From Eubacteriales bacterium (GTDB lineage Bacteria > Bacillota > Clostridia > Oscillospirales > CAG-272), in the NCBI GenBank assembly GCA_045533505.1, contig JAZSHY010000014.1, positions 99,780 to 163,779 on the forward strand: a stretch of DNA of 64,000 bases, given 5' to 3'. Shown piece by piece: positions 35,182 to 44,573 of this stretch. The notes below the pieces were generated by a model. The model was not told the DNA's origin, did no database searches, and was given only the letters and a program-made list of their open reading frames with translations. Position 1 is the stretch's first letter; each line of letters begins with the position of its first letter. Position numbers and translations under genes: made by a program.

Positions 35182-35880
35182 TCAGTCGCAGAATTCCGCC
35201 ACGCAGCGGCGGTAGGCAGCCACAGGGTCGGCGGCGGCGGTAATCGGGCGCCCCACCACAATATAGTCCGAGCCGATGCGCTTCGCCTCGGCGGGCGTCA
35301 TCACCCGCTTCTGGTCTCCGACGTCACCGTCGGCAAAGCGAACACCGGGGGTTACCGTGAGGAAGCTCCTGCCGCAGCCCTCGTGCACCGCACCCGCCTC
35401 ACGGGGGGAGCACACCACGCCGTCAAGGCCCGAGGCCGCGGCGTTCCTTGCGTAGTGCATGACCACGTCCTCCATTTTGCCCTCCACAAGGAGGTCACGG
35501 TGCATAGTTTCCTCGTCGGTGGAGGTGAGCTGGGTGACGGCAATCAGAAGCGGGCGCGTGCCGTCCTCACGGGTGAGCCCGAGGAGGGCCGCCTCCATCA
35601 TCGGGCGCGTGCCGCCCGCGTGGAGGTTGGTCATATCCACATCGAGGCGGGAAAGCACCGCCATCGCCTTCTTTACGGTATTCGGAATATCGTGGAGCTT
35701 GAGGTCGAGAAAAATCTTATGCCCCCTCTTTTTGATTTCACGGACAATCGAGGGGCCTTCGGCATAGTAGAGCTCCATACCGATTTTGACGAAGGGCTTC
35801 TCCTCGGTGAAGAGGTCGAGGAAGGCAAAGGTCTTTTCTGCGCTGTCAAAGTCGCAGGCAATAATTACGTCTTTTCCCAT
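35182..35880 (-). CDS. pyrF: Orotidine-5'-phosphate decarboxylase
   Basis: 232 aa with IIACDFDS, FVKIGMELYY, IFLDLKLHDIPNT and YIVVGRPIT. Confidence 0.93.
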   Translation of the reverse strand: MGKDVIIACDFDSAEKTFAFLDLFTEEKPFVKIGMELYYAEGPSIVREIKKRGHKIFLDLKLHDIPNTVKKAMAVLSRLDVDMTNLHAGGTRPMMEAALLGLTREDGTRPLLIAVTQLTSTDEETMHRDLLVEGKMEDVVMHYARNAAASGLDGVVCSPREAGAVHEGCGRSFLTVTPGVRFADGDVGDQKRVMTPAEAKRIGSDYIVVGRPITAAADPVAAYRRCVAEFCD

Positions 35881-35893
35881 AGTAGGCTTCCTT

Positions 35894-36796
35894 TCAGATT
35901 TTCAAATCGTTCAGCGAGGCAATTCCGTATTTCTCCATCGCGCTCGGCAAGGAAAGAATGATATCGCGCGAAGCAAAGGGGTTCACAAGGTTGGCGGCGC
36001 CCACCTCAACGGCAGTGGCTCCCGCCATCATCATTTCAAGCACGTCCTCGGCGGTGCTGACGCCCCCCATACCGATAACGGGGACCGAAACGGCGTGGGC
36101 CACCTGATACACCATGCGGAGGGCCACCGGGAAGATGGCAGGCCCCGAAAAGCCGCCCATGGTGTTGGCAATCACGGGGCGGCGGCGGGCAAGGTCAATG
36201 CGCATGCCGAGGAGCGTGTTGATAAGGCTTATGCCGTCTGCTCCTGCCGCCTCGCAGGCCTTGGCAATCTCGGTGATGTCGGTGACGTTCGGGGAAAGCT
36301 TGATGAAAAGCGGCTTCCCCGTCACACGGCGCACAGCCGCCGTCACCTCGGCAGCCGCCGCCGGGGAGGTGCCGAAGCTCATACCGCCGCCATGCACGTT
36401 CGGGCAGCTGACGTTCACCTCAAACCACCCGATTTCGGGGCAGGCGTCAAGCCTTTTCACGGTTTCGCAGTATTCCTCCACCGAAAAGCCCGACACGTTG
36501 GCCATCACGGGCTTGTGGAAGACCGCACGCATTTTGGGGAGCTCCTCGGTTATCACCTTCTCTACCCCGGGGTTCTGAAGCCCGACGGCATTTATCATGC
36601 CCGCCGTGCATTCGGCTATCCGCGGTGTGGGATTGCCGAAGCGAGGGGCAAGCGTTGTCCCCTTGAAGGAGAAGGTGCCGAGAATGTTGATGTCATAAAG
36701 CTCAGCAAATTCATAGCCGAAGCCGAAGGTGCCGCTGGCGGGAATGACCGGGTTGGAGAGCGGTATGCCCGCAAGGCTCACACGAAGGTCTACCAT
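35894..36796 (-). CDS. pyrD: Dihydroorotate dehydrogenase B, catalytic subunit
   Basis: 300 aa with NPVIPASGTFGFG, ELNVSCPNV-like FEVNVSCPNVHGGG, and IGMGGVSTAEDVLEMMMAGA. Confidence 0.93.
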   Translation of the reverse strand: MVDLRVSLAGIPLSNPVIPASGTFGFGYEFAELYDINILGTFSFKGTTLAPRFGNPTPRIAECTAGMINAVGLQNPGVEKVITEELPKMRAVFHKPVMANVSGFSVEEYCETVKRLDACPEIGWFEVNVSCPNVHGGGMSFGTSPAAAAEVTAAVRRVTGKPLFIKLSPNVTDITEIAKACEAAGADGISLINTLLGMRIDLARRRPVIANTMGGFSGPAIFPVALRMVYQVAHAVSVPVIGMGGVSTAEDVLEMMMAGATAVEVGAANLVNPFASRDIILSLPSAMEKYGIASLNDLKI

Positions 36797-37527
36797 AAGA
36801 TTTCCTCCTTTTGCAGAACGGGGCCCTCACGGCAGATGCGCTTGTTTCCCGTCAAGGTCTTGCAGGAGCAGCCCATGCAGGCACCGAAGCCGCAGCCCAT
36901 TCTCTCCTCGAAGCTGAGCTGCCCCGAGGTCACGGTTGCTTTATGGAGGGCCTTCAGCATCGGCTCGGGGCCGCAGGCGTAGAAGTAGGTGTAGGGTGCC
37001 TCGTCAAGGGCCGCCGTAACAAAGCCCTGCCTTCCGTAGCTCCCGTCTGCCGTTGTTACGGTGACCGACACCCCGAGGGTGCGGAGCTCCTCCTCGTAAA
37101 ACACCTCACTCCTTGTGTTGAAGCCGAGAATGGCGCGCGGGCGGGCTCCCCTCGCGAGAAGCTTCTTTGCGAGCATATAAAGGGGAGGAACGCCAACGCC
37201 ACCGCCTATGAGCAAGGGAGCATCACCCGCGGGGGTGAGGTCATAGCCGTTGCCGAGCCCCGTGAGGAGGTCAAGCCTCTCTCCGACGGACATGGCCGCC
37301 ATCCTCTCGGTGCCCTTGCCGACAACCTTGTAAAGGAGCGTCAGGCGGTCTCCCTCAGCATCGCACACCGAAATCGGGCGGCGGAGGAAGAGGCCGTCAA
37401 GCAGAATGTTGACGAATTGCCCCGGCGCGGTTATGGCCGAGGTATCCCCCTCCAGCACCATACGAAAAACCGACGGTGTCAGGGGGGTGTTTTCCAGTAC
37501 GGTAAAGTAAGCTTGCTTCATGGTCAC
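36790..37527 (-). CDS. pyrK: Dihydroorotate dehydrogenase B, electron-transfer (FAD/2Fe-2S) subunit
   Basis: 245 aa with PGQFVNIL, RPISV and the C-terminal cluster motif CGFGACMGCSC. It overlaps the pyrD start by 7 nt. Confidence 0.9.
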   Translation of the reverse strand: MTMKQAYFTVLENTPLTPSVFRMVLEGDTSAITAPGQFVNILLDGLFLRRPISVCDAEGDRLTLLYKVVGKGTERMAAMSVGERLDLLTGLGNGYDLTPAGDAPLLIGGGVGVPPLYMLAKKLLARGARPRAILGFNTRSEVFYEEELRTLGVSVTVTTADGSYGRQGFVTAALDEAPYTYFYACGPEPMLKALHKATVTSGQLSFEERMGCGFGACMGCSCKTLTGNKRICREGPVLQKEEILW

Positions 37528-37530
37528 CTC

Positions 37531-40500
37531 TTACGCGTCAATGGTGGAAATACGCAGGGTGGTCTCGTCCAGAACGTCAAGAAGAACCTTGACCGTGTCA
37601 AGCGAGGTAAAGATGGTCACATTGTTCTCGGTGGCAAGCTTGCGTATCTCGTGCCCGTCATGCAGGCCGCTGGAGGAGCCGACGTCCGAGGTGTTGATGA
37701 CGTACGCGATGTGCCCCTGGCGAAGTGCCTCGGGGATTTCCTGCGAGCCCTCGCCGATTTTCGAGAGGACGTGGGTGCGGATGCCCCTCTCCTTTAAGAA
37801 GGTGGCCGTTCCGCGCGTGGCCTCAATATTGAAGCCGAGGTCATAGAAGCGGCGGATAAGAGGCAGAGCCTCCTCCTTGTCCTTATCGGCAATCGTCGCA
37901 AAGACGGTGCCGTAATTCTGCAGATGCATACCCGAGGCCTGAAGCGCCTTATAGAGAGCGCGGTTCAGCTTGTCGTCATAGCCGATGGCCTCGCCCGTTG
38001 ACTTCATTTCGGGCGAGAGGTAGGCGTCAAGACCGCGGATTTTGCTGAACGAGAAGACGGGGACCTTGACGTACCAGCGGTTCTTTTCGGGCGGGTAGAG
38101 GCAGAAGATGCCTTGCTCCTTCAGGGATTTGCCGAGCGTGACCTCGGTGGCGATATCGGCGAGGCTGTACCCCGTCGCCTTTGAAAGGAAGGGCACGGTG
38201 CGCGAGGAGCGCGGGTTCACCTCAATGATGTAGACGTTTTCGTCCTTATCGACGATAAACTGAATGTTGTAAAGTCCGACGATGCCGATGCCGAGGCCGA
38301 GCTTCTTGGCGTAGCCGAGGATAATCCCCTTGACGCGGTCCGAGATGGAGAAGGAGGGATAGACGCTGATGGAGTCACCCGAATGGATACCCGTTCTCTC
38401 AACAAGCTCCATAATGCCGGGCACAAAAACGTCCAGCCCGTCACAGATGGCATCGACCTCGACCTCCTTGCCGATGATGTACTTATCGACAAGCACAGGT
38501 CTTTCCTCGTCAATCTCCACGGCGGTTTTGAGGTAATGGCGGAGCTGCTCCTCGTTGGCCACAATCTGCATGGCGCGCCCACCGAGAACGAAGCTCGGGC
38601 GCACAAGCACGGGGTAGCCGATTTTCTCGGCGGCGGCCACACCGTCCTCAATTTTGGTGACGGCGCATCCGGGAGGCTGGGGAATGCCGAGCTTTTTGAG
38701 AAGCTTTTCAAAGAGGTCGCGGTTTTCCGCGCGGTCTATGGCGTCGCAATCGGTGCCGATAATGCGCACGCCGCGGCGGCGCAGGGGCTCGGCGAGGTTG
38801 ATGGCGGTCTGCCCGCCGAGCGAGGCAAGCGCACCCTCGGGCTTCTCAAAGTCCATAATATTCATCACGTCCTCGGCGGTCAGAGGCTCAAAATAGAGCT
38901 TGTCCGAGGTGGTGTAGTCTGTCGAAACGGTTTCGGGGTTGTTGTTGATGATAATAGCCTCGTAGTCCGACTTCCGTATGGTGGTAACGGCGTGAACGGT
39001 GGAATAGTCAAACTCCACGCCCTGCCCGATGCGGATGGGCCCCGCGCCCAGCACGACAGCCTTCTTTCTGTCAGAGAGAACCGACTGGTTCTCGCCGGTA
39101 TAGGAGGAGTAGAAGTAGGGGATATAGGCCCCTGCGTGCAGGGTGTCCACCATGCGGAACACGGGGCGGATTCCCTCACGGCGGCGCATGTCGGCAACAA
39201 AGAGCTCCGTCGTGCCCCAGAGCTTTGCGATATAGGGGTCGGAGAAGCCGAGCCGCTTGGCGGCAAGAAGCGTCTCTCTGTCGCCCTTGTTCTCGGCAAG
39301 GAGGCCCTCCATTTTGACAATGCCCTCAATGCAGGTGAGAAAGAGCTCGGTGATGTCGGTTGCCTCGTGGATTTCCTCGGTGGTGGCGCCGAGGCGGTAG
39401 AGAGCAGCCACCGCGAAGATGTTGTCGGCGCGGAAGGTGCGCACGTAATCGAGAAGCTCCTCGCGGCTCATGCCCTCAAACTTCGGCATATAGAGGTGGC
39501 ACACGCCGATTTCGAGCGAGCGCACCGATTTCAGCATGCATTCGGAAAGGTTGGAGCCTATCCCCATGACCTCGCCGGTTGCCTTCATCTGGGTGCCGAG
39601 AAGGTTCGGGGCCGAGGTGAACTTGTCAAACGGAAAGCGGGGGAACTTGGCAACGATGTAATCAAGGCGGGGCTCGCAGGCGGCGGTAGTGCCGGGCAGG
39701 GCAATCTCGTCAAGGTGCATACCGACGGCCACCTTGGCGGTCACGCGGGCAATCGGGTAACCGCTGGCCTTGGAGGCGAGCGCCGAGGAGCGCGACACAC
39801 GGGGGTTGACCTCAATGAGGTAGTACTGCCCCGAGGTGGGGTGCAGCGCGTACTGCACGTTACAGCCGCCCTCGATACCGAGCGCGCGAATGATTTTGAT
39901 GGCGCTGTCGTTGAGCATTTTCAGCTCCCCCTCTGGGAGCGAAAGAATGGGAGCCACCACCACAGAGTCGCCCGTGTGAACGCCCACGGGGTCCACGTTC
40001 TCCATGCCGCAAATAGTAATGGCACGGTCAGTGGAGTCGCGCATTACCTCAAACTCAATCTCCTTGTAGCCGCGCACGCTCTTCTCTACCAGAACCTGGT
40101 GGACGGGCGAGAGGGAGAGGCCGTTGGTAACTATCTCGACAAGCTCCTCCTCATCGTAGGCAAAGCCGCCGCCCGTGCCGCCGAGCGTGAAGGCGGGGCG
40201 AAGCACGACGGGGTAGCCGATGCGGAGGGCAGCCGCCTTGGCCTCCTCCACCGTGTAGATGATTTCGGAGGGAATGGTGGGCTCATCGATGGACTGACAG
40301 AGCTCCTTGAACATCTCGCGGTCCTCGGCGCGCTCAATGCTGGCAAAGGGGGTGCCGAGAAGCTCGACGCGGCATTCCTTCAGAATTCCGCGCTTCTCAA
40401 GCTGCATGGCAAGGTTCAGCCCCGTCTGGCCGCCGATGCCGGGCAGAATGGCATCGGGGCGCTCATAGCGCAGAATTTTGGCGATGTATTCAAGCGTCAA

Positions 40501-40704
40501 GGGCTCCATGTACACCTTGTCGGCGATGGCGGTGTCGGTCATAATGGTGGCGGGGTTGGAGTTCACAAGTATGACCTCGTACCCCTCCTCCTTGAGAGCG
40601 AGGCAGGCCTGTGTGCCCGCATAGTCGAATTCCGCGGCCTGACCGATTACAATCGGGCCCGAGCCGATAATTAAAATCTTCTTCAAATCTTTCCTTTTTG
40701 CCAT
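37531..40704 (-). CDS. carB: Carbamoyl-phosphate synthase large subunit
   Basis: 1057 aa. The N-terminus is KKILIIGSGPIVIGQAAEFDYAGTQA, and the ATP-grasp halves are duplicated (the second begins AVVLGAGPIRIGQGVEFDY). Confidence 0.97.
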   Translation of the reverse strand: MAKRKDLKKILIIGSGPIVIGQAAEFDYAGTQACLALKEEGYEVILVNSNPATIMTDTAIADKVYMEPLTLEYIAKILRYERPDAILPGIGGQTGLNLAMQLEKRGILKECRVELLGTPFASIERAEDREMFKELCQSIDEPTIPSEIIYTVEEAKAAALRIGYPVVLRPAFTLGGTGGGFAYDEEELVEIVTNGLSLSPVHQVLVEKSVRGYKEIEFEVMRDSTDRAITICGMENVDPVGVHTGDSVVVAPILSLPEGELKMLNDSAIKIIRALGIEGGCNVQYALHPTSGQYYLIEVNPRVSRSSALASKASGYPIARVTAKVAVGMHLDEIALPGTTAACEPRLDYIVAKFPRFPFDKFTSAPNLLGTQMKATGEVMGIGSNLSECMLKSVRSLEIGVCHLYMPKFEGMSREELLDYVRTFRADNIFAVAALYRLGATTEEIHEATDITELFLTCIEGIVKMEGLLAENKGDRETLLAAKRLGFSDPYIAKLWGTTELFVADMRRREGIRPVFRMVDTLHAGAYIPYFYSSYTGENQSVLSDRKKAVVLGAGPIRIGQGVEFDYSTVHAVTTIRKSDYEAIIINNNPETVSTDYTTSDKLYFEPLTAEDVMNIMDFEKPEGALASLGGQTAINLAEPLRRRGVRIIGTDCDAIDRAENRDLFEKLLKKLGIPQPPGCAVTKIEDGVAAAEKIGYPVLVRPSFVLGGRAMQIVANEEQLRHYLKTAVEIDEERPVLVDKYIIGKEVEVDAICDGLDVFVPGIMELVERTGIHSGDSISVYPSFSISDRVKGIILGYAKKLGLGIGIVGLYNIQFIVDKDENVYIIEVNPRSSRTVPFLSKATGYSLADIATEVTLGKSLKEQGIFCLYPPEKNRWYVKVPVFSFSKIRGLDAYLSPEMKSTGEAIGYDDKLNRALYKALQASGMHLQNYGTVFATIADKDKEEALPLIRRFYDLGFNIEATRGTATFLKERGIRTHVLSKIGEGSQEIPEALRQGHIAYVINTSDVGSSSGLHDGHEIRKLATENNVTIFTSLDTVKVLLDVLDETTLRISTIDA

Positions 40705-40749
40705 TTCCTTTTCCTCCGTATTTATATAACAACAATGTTTTATTTTCTG

Positions 40750-41961
40750 TCAAAGGCCTGTCTTTTCCCTGCGGTAGACCTCGCGCCCCCCCGCCACGGT
40801 CAGAAGGCTCACGCCGTAAAGCCGCCGCCCCGCAAAGGGAGTGGCGCGCCCCAGTGAAAGGAAGTCCTCCGGGTTCACCGTAAATTCCTCATCACAAAGG
40901 AACACCGAGAAGTCCTCACCGTACGGGAGCCCGAAGCGCTCGCGCGGAGCTGTGACGAGAAGCTCACAGAGCTTCTCCTCGCCGAGAATTCCCTCGCGCA
41001 CAAGGTAGGTGTAAAGCACGGGGAAGGCGGTTTCAAGACCGACAATCCCGAAGGCGCTCCCCGCGAGCCCGCGGCTCTTTTCCTCTGCACTGTGGGGGGC
41101 GTGGTCGGTGGCTATCATATCGATAGTGCCGTCAAGCACTCCGAGGAGGAGAGCCTCGCGGTCACGGCGGCTGCGGATGGGCGGATTCATCTTGAAGCAC
41201 CCGTCCTCCTGCAAATCTCCCTCGTCGAGGACGAGGTAATGCGGTGCGGTTTCACAGGTGACGTCCACCCCGCGCGCCTTGGCGGCACGGATAAGGGCCA
41301 CGCTCTCCTCGGTGGAGATATGGCACACGTGGTAGGCACAGCCGATTTTCTCCGCGAGGTAGAGGTCGCGCTCCACCTGAGCATACTCGCTCTCGGAGGA
41401 GATACCTCGGTGGCCGTGCGCCGCGGCGTAGGCCCCCTTATGAATGTAGCCGCCGTCAAGAAGGCTGTTCACCTCGCAGTGCGAAACAATCGGGCGCCCA
41501 AGCGCGAGGGCAACCGTCATGGCCTCCTTCATTCTCTCCTCGCTCTGCACCCCTCGGCCATCGTCCGAAAAGCCCACAACGTCGGGAGCGAGCGCCGCCA
41601 TATCCGAAAGCGTCTCTCCCCTCTCGCCCCGTGTGATGGCACCGAGAGGATAGACCGGGATGACCGCGTCCCTTCTTATGATGGAAAGCTGGGCATCCAG
41701 CGCCTCGCGGCAATCGGGCACGGGCGAGAGGTTCGGCATCGTGCAGACCGCGGTGTAGCCGCCGCGCGCCGCCGCAAGGCTGCCGCTTCTTATGGTTTCT
41801 TTATAAGAAAATCCCGGCTCACGAAAATGCACATGCACATCGCAAAAGCCGGGAAAAACCGTAGCATCGGAAGAAGAAAAGGAGGACGAAAAAAGGGGGC
41901 TTTCTGCAGCGGCGCGGCGGGCCGCGGCAAGAGCCTCAGCGGCGGTGAATCTCGTTTTCAT
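40750..41961 (-). CDS. pyrC: Dihydroorotase
   Basis: 403 aa. The metal-binding motif is FCDVHVHFREPG, with HCE and DHAPH further on. Confidence 0.9.
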   Translation of the reverse strand: MKTRFTAAEALAAARRAAAESPLFSSSFSSSDATVFPGFCDVHVHFREPGFSYKETIRSGSLAAARGGYTAVCTMPNLSPVPDCREALDAQLSIIRRDAVIPVYPLGAITRGERGETLSDMAALAPDVVGFSDDGRGVQSEERMKEAMTVALALGRPIVSHCEVNSLLDGGYIHKGAYAAAHGHRGISSESEYAQVERDLYLAEKIGCAYHVCHISTEESVALIRAAKARGVDVTCETAPHYLVLDEGDLQEDGCFKMNPPIRSRRDREALLLGVLDGTIDMIATDHAPHSAEEKSRGLAGSAFGIVGLETAFPVLYTYLVREGILGEEKLCELLVTAPRERFGLPYGEDFSVFLCDEEFTVNPEDFLSLGRATPFAGRRLYGVSLLTVAGGREVYRREKTGL

Positions 41962-42009
41962 GGTTGTCTCCTCTTTCCTTATTTTATTTTTATTGGGTGC
42001 GCGCAGGCC

Positions 42010-42546
42010 TCAAAGGTCGCAGATATACACGGCATCCTCGCCGTCAACCTCCGAGAGCATGACCGAAATCTTCTCTGTCTTTGAGGTCGGCACGTTCTTG
42101 CCGATATAGTCGGGGCGGAGGGGAAGCTCACGGTGGCCGCGGTCAATCAGAACGGCGAGCTGAATGGCACGGGGGCGCCCATGCGCAAAGACCGCCTCCA
42201 TGGCGGCGCGTGCCGTGCGCCCGGTATACAGCACGTCGTCCACCAGTATGACCGTCCTTTCGCTGACGTCACACGGAACGTGCTGCTCCCTTTCGATGCC
42301 CTGTCTCTCGGCATCCGAGAGGTCGTCACGGTGGCAGGTAATGTCAAGATAACCGAGGGGAACCCTGCGCCCCTCAAAGCGCTCAATGTTGTCGGCAAGG
42401 CGGTGGGCAAGCGGCTCGCCGCGGCGGCGCACGCCGAGAAGGCAGATGTCCTCCACCCCGCGGTTACGCTCGATAATCTCATGCGTAATGCGTGCCAGCG
42501 CGCGGCCAATGCCCGCCGCGTCCAAAACCTGTGCCTTCGGTTGCAT
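42010..42546 (-). CDS. pyrR: Bifunctional pyr operon attenuation regulator / uracil phosphoribosyltransferase PyrR
   Basis: 178 aa with RALARITHEIIERN, LLGVRRRG and the PRPP motif VILVDDVLYTGRTARAA. Confidence 0.93.
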   Translation of the reverse strand: MQPKAQVLDAAGIGRALARITHEIIERNRGVEDICLLGVRRRGEPLAHRLADNIERFEGRRVPLGYLDITCHRDDLSDAERQGIEREQHVPCDVSERTVILVDDVLYTGRTARAAMEAVFAHGRPRAIQLAVLIDRGHRELPLRPDYIGKNVPTSKTEKISVMLSEVDGEDAVYICDL

Positions 42547-42571
42547 ACGCTCCCTCCCCCTCTTGCATAAA

Positions 42572-42600
42572 GAAAAAAGGCTTGCCCATCGACAAGACCT
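42572..42600 (-). terminator. Leader terminator (candidate PyrR-controlled attenuator) upstream of pyrR
   Basis: The minus strand reads AGGTCTTG-TCGATGGG-CAAGCCT followed by TTTTTTC. It lies about 25 nt before the pyrR SD (GGGGGAGGGAG). Confidence 0.55.
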
Positions 42601-42705
42601 CGTTATGGCAGACCGCGCCCAAAGCGCAAAAAGCGCACGGGGGCCCGACAGAAGGAAAACCTTATCGACATCACAGTATCGACTTAAAGATTTATGCTTT
42701 CATTT

Positions 42706-42734
42706 ATTATAACACCGAAGCCCCTCTTTGTCAA
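42706..42734 (-). promoter_or_regulatory. Consensus promoter of the pyr operon
   Basis: The minus strand reads TTGACA (42734-42729), 17 nt of spacer, then TATAAT (42711-42706). Confidence 0.65.
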
Positions 42735-42777
42735 GGGGTGGGTACGCATTATTTTTAAGAAATGCTTTTTCGGCAGC

Positions 42778-42802
42778 AAGCCCCGCGGGGCTTTCTTTTT
42801 TT
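42778..42802 (+). terminator. Plus-strand terminator-like hairpin just upstream of the phage-like cluster
   Basis: AAGCCC-CGCG-GGGCTT followed by TCTTTTTTT. No plus-strand gene lies upstream of it. Confidence 0.5.
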
Positions 42803-42888
42803 GCAAAAGATGAGCCCCCTTTTCAGTGAAAGCTCATGTATTCTTATCTTGGGGCACGAGCACACCGCAAAAAGAAAGGAGACACACC

Positions 42889-43215
42889 GTGAAAGACACA
42901 CACTCTCTTTGCCACCGACTTATCGCCTATTTCACCTTTGAGCCGGGAGAGCCGCCCCCGGGCCTTGCCGGCTTTCGGGCACGCGAGGGGCTGAGCCTTG
43001 CCGAATTTGAGGCACTCAAGGCCGAGCCCACCTTTGCCGCTGCCGTGAAGGAGGCGAGGGCGCGCTATCTTGACACCCTGACGGCAGGGGCACTCCTCAA
43101 AAAGTATGACACGGGGTTTGTCAAGCATCTCATGGAGCAGGAGGCCGCGGAGAGAGAGGCGGAGAGCACGGCGGCACCGCGCACCCTCTCGGTGGAAATC
43201 CGCGTGGTGGAATGA
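42889..43215 (+). CDS. Terminase small subunit (gp3-like DNA-packaging protein)
   Basis: The GTG start at 42889 has SD AAGGAGA upstream; the listed ORF starts at 42826. The pattern PPPGLAGFRAREGLSLAEFEALK...FAAAVKEARARYLDTLTAGALLKKYDTGF matches my recalled TerS layout of an HTH followed by an oligomerisation helix. The gene sits directly upstream of TerL. Confidence 0.6.
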   Translation: MKDTHSLCHRLIAYFTFEPGEPPPGLAGFRAREGLSLAEFEALKAEPTFAAAVKEARARYLDTLTAGALLKKYDTGFVKHLMEQEAAEREAESTAAPRTLSVEIRVVE

Positions 43216-44573
43216 AGCTCTCTGTCACAAAGCGGCAAAAGGCCTTCCTCGACGCCACCGAAACCGAGGTGCTCTTCGGAGGCGCGGCGGGCGGAGGCAA
43301 ATCCTACGGGCAGCTGATTGACGCGCTCCTCTTTGCCCTGCGGTATCCCGGGAGCCGTCAGCTTCTTCTGCGGCGCACCTACCCCGAGCTTGAGCGCTCC
43401 CTGATACGCACGGCGCGCGACCTCTTTCCCGCCGAGCTCTTCCGCTATTCGGTGAGCGAGCATACGGGGCGGTTTGCAAACGGCTCGCTTCTCGACTTCG
43501 GGCACTGTGCCACCGACGGCGACGTCTACCAATATCAGTCGGCGGAGTATGACGTTGTGCGCTTTGATGAGCTGACGCACTTCACAAAGTTCCAGTACCT
43601 CTACCTTATCTCGCGCATACGGGGTGCCAACGGCTATCCGAAGCAAATCAAGTCGTCTACGAACCCCGGCGGTGTCGGGCACGCATGGGTAAAGGAGAGG
43701 TTCATCGACCCTGCCCCCTTCGGCACCTCCTTTCTGGGGGAGGACGGCTCGCGCCGCATCTTCCTGCCCGCGAGGATTGAGGACAACCGCTTCCTCCTTG
43801 CGAAGGACCCGGACTACCGCCGCCGCCTTGAGGTTCTGCCGCGCGAGGAGAGGCGTGCCCTGCTTCTCGGTGAGTGGAACCTCTTCTCGGGCCAGTTCTT
43901 CTCGGAATTCAGCTACGACCTTCATACCTGCGACCCGTGCCCCCTGCCGCCCGGCTGGCGGCGCTACCGCACCCTCGACTACGGTCTTGACCGCCTGGCG
44001 GTGCTCTGGCTTGCCCTCGCACCGACGGGCGAGGTGTACGTCTACCGTGAGCTTTGCGAGAGCAATCTCGTGATTTCGGAGGCGGCGCTCTCCATTCTTT
44101 CGCATTCGCCGCCCGAGGAGACGGTCTATGCGACGCTTGCCCCGCCTGACCTTTTCGGCAGAAGTCAGGAAAGCGGGAGGAGCCGCGCCTCGCTCTTTAT
44201 GGAGCACGGCGTGCCCTTTGTGCGCTCCTCCAATGACCGTCTCTCGGGCTGGATGGCCGTCAAGGAGCTTTTGCGTATCCGCGAGGGAGGCCTCCCCCGC
44301 CTGCGGATTTTCCGCACCTGTCGGGAGCTTATCCGCTGCCTCCCCATGCTCCTCGCAGATCCCCTCCGCCCCGGGGACGTCCTGACGGAGCCCCACGCCA
44401 TTACGCACGCCCCCGACGCCCTGCGCGGCTTTGCCGTGTATCACACCGCCCCCGAGAGTGAGAGCCCCGACACGGTGCGCCGCCCGTGGACTCCCGACAT
44501 GTGGCAGGATTATTACGCCGCAGACCGCGAGGGAAGGCGGTATCTCAAACAGAAATACGGAGAACCATTATGA
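43212..44573 (+). CDS. Terminase large subunit
   Basis: 453 aa. The Walker A motif is LFGGAAGGGKSYG and the Walker B-like segment is VVRFDELTHF. The C-terminal nuclease-like region includes RTLDYGLDRLAVLW. Confidence 0.85.
   Translation: MKLSVTKRQKAFLDATETEVLFGGAAGGGKSYGQLIDALLFALRYPGSRQLLLRRTYPELERSLIRTARDLFPAELFRYSVSEHTGRFANGSLLDFGHCATDGDVYQYQSAEYDVVRFDELTHFTKFQYLYLISRIRGANGYPKQIKSSTNPGGVGHAWVKERFIDPAPFGTSFLGEDGSRRIFLPARIEDNRFLLAKDPDYRRRLEVLPREERRALLLGEWNLFSGQFFSEFSYDLHTCDPCPLPPGWRRYRTLDYGLDRLAVLWLALAPTGEVYVYRELCESNLVISEAALSILSHSPPEETVYATLAPPDLFGRSQESGRSRASLFMEHGVPFVRSSNDRLSGWMAVKELLRIREGGLPRLRIFRTCRELIRCLPMLLADPLRPGDVLTEPHAITHAPDALRGFAVYHTAPESESPDTVRRPWTPDMWQDYYAADREGRRYLKQKYGEPL

Noticed and set aside
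38383-40674. 763-aa plus-strand ORF
   Set aside because: It is antisense to carB. It has no SD, and its composition is the same shadow-ORF type.
43065-44444. 459-aa minus-strand ORF, together with the minus-strand ORFs at 49639-51612, 46113-47024 and 54239-55189
   Set aside because: They are antisense to TerL and other genes of the co-directional phage-like operon. They lack SD sequences and break the tight plus-strand coupling.
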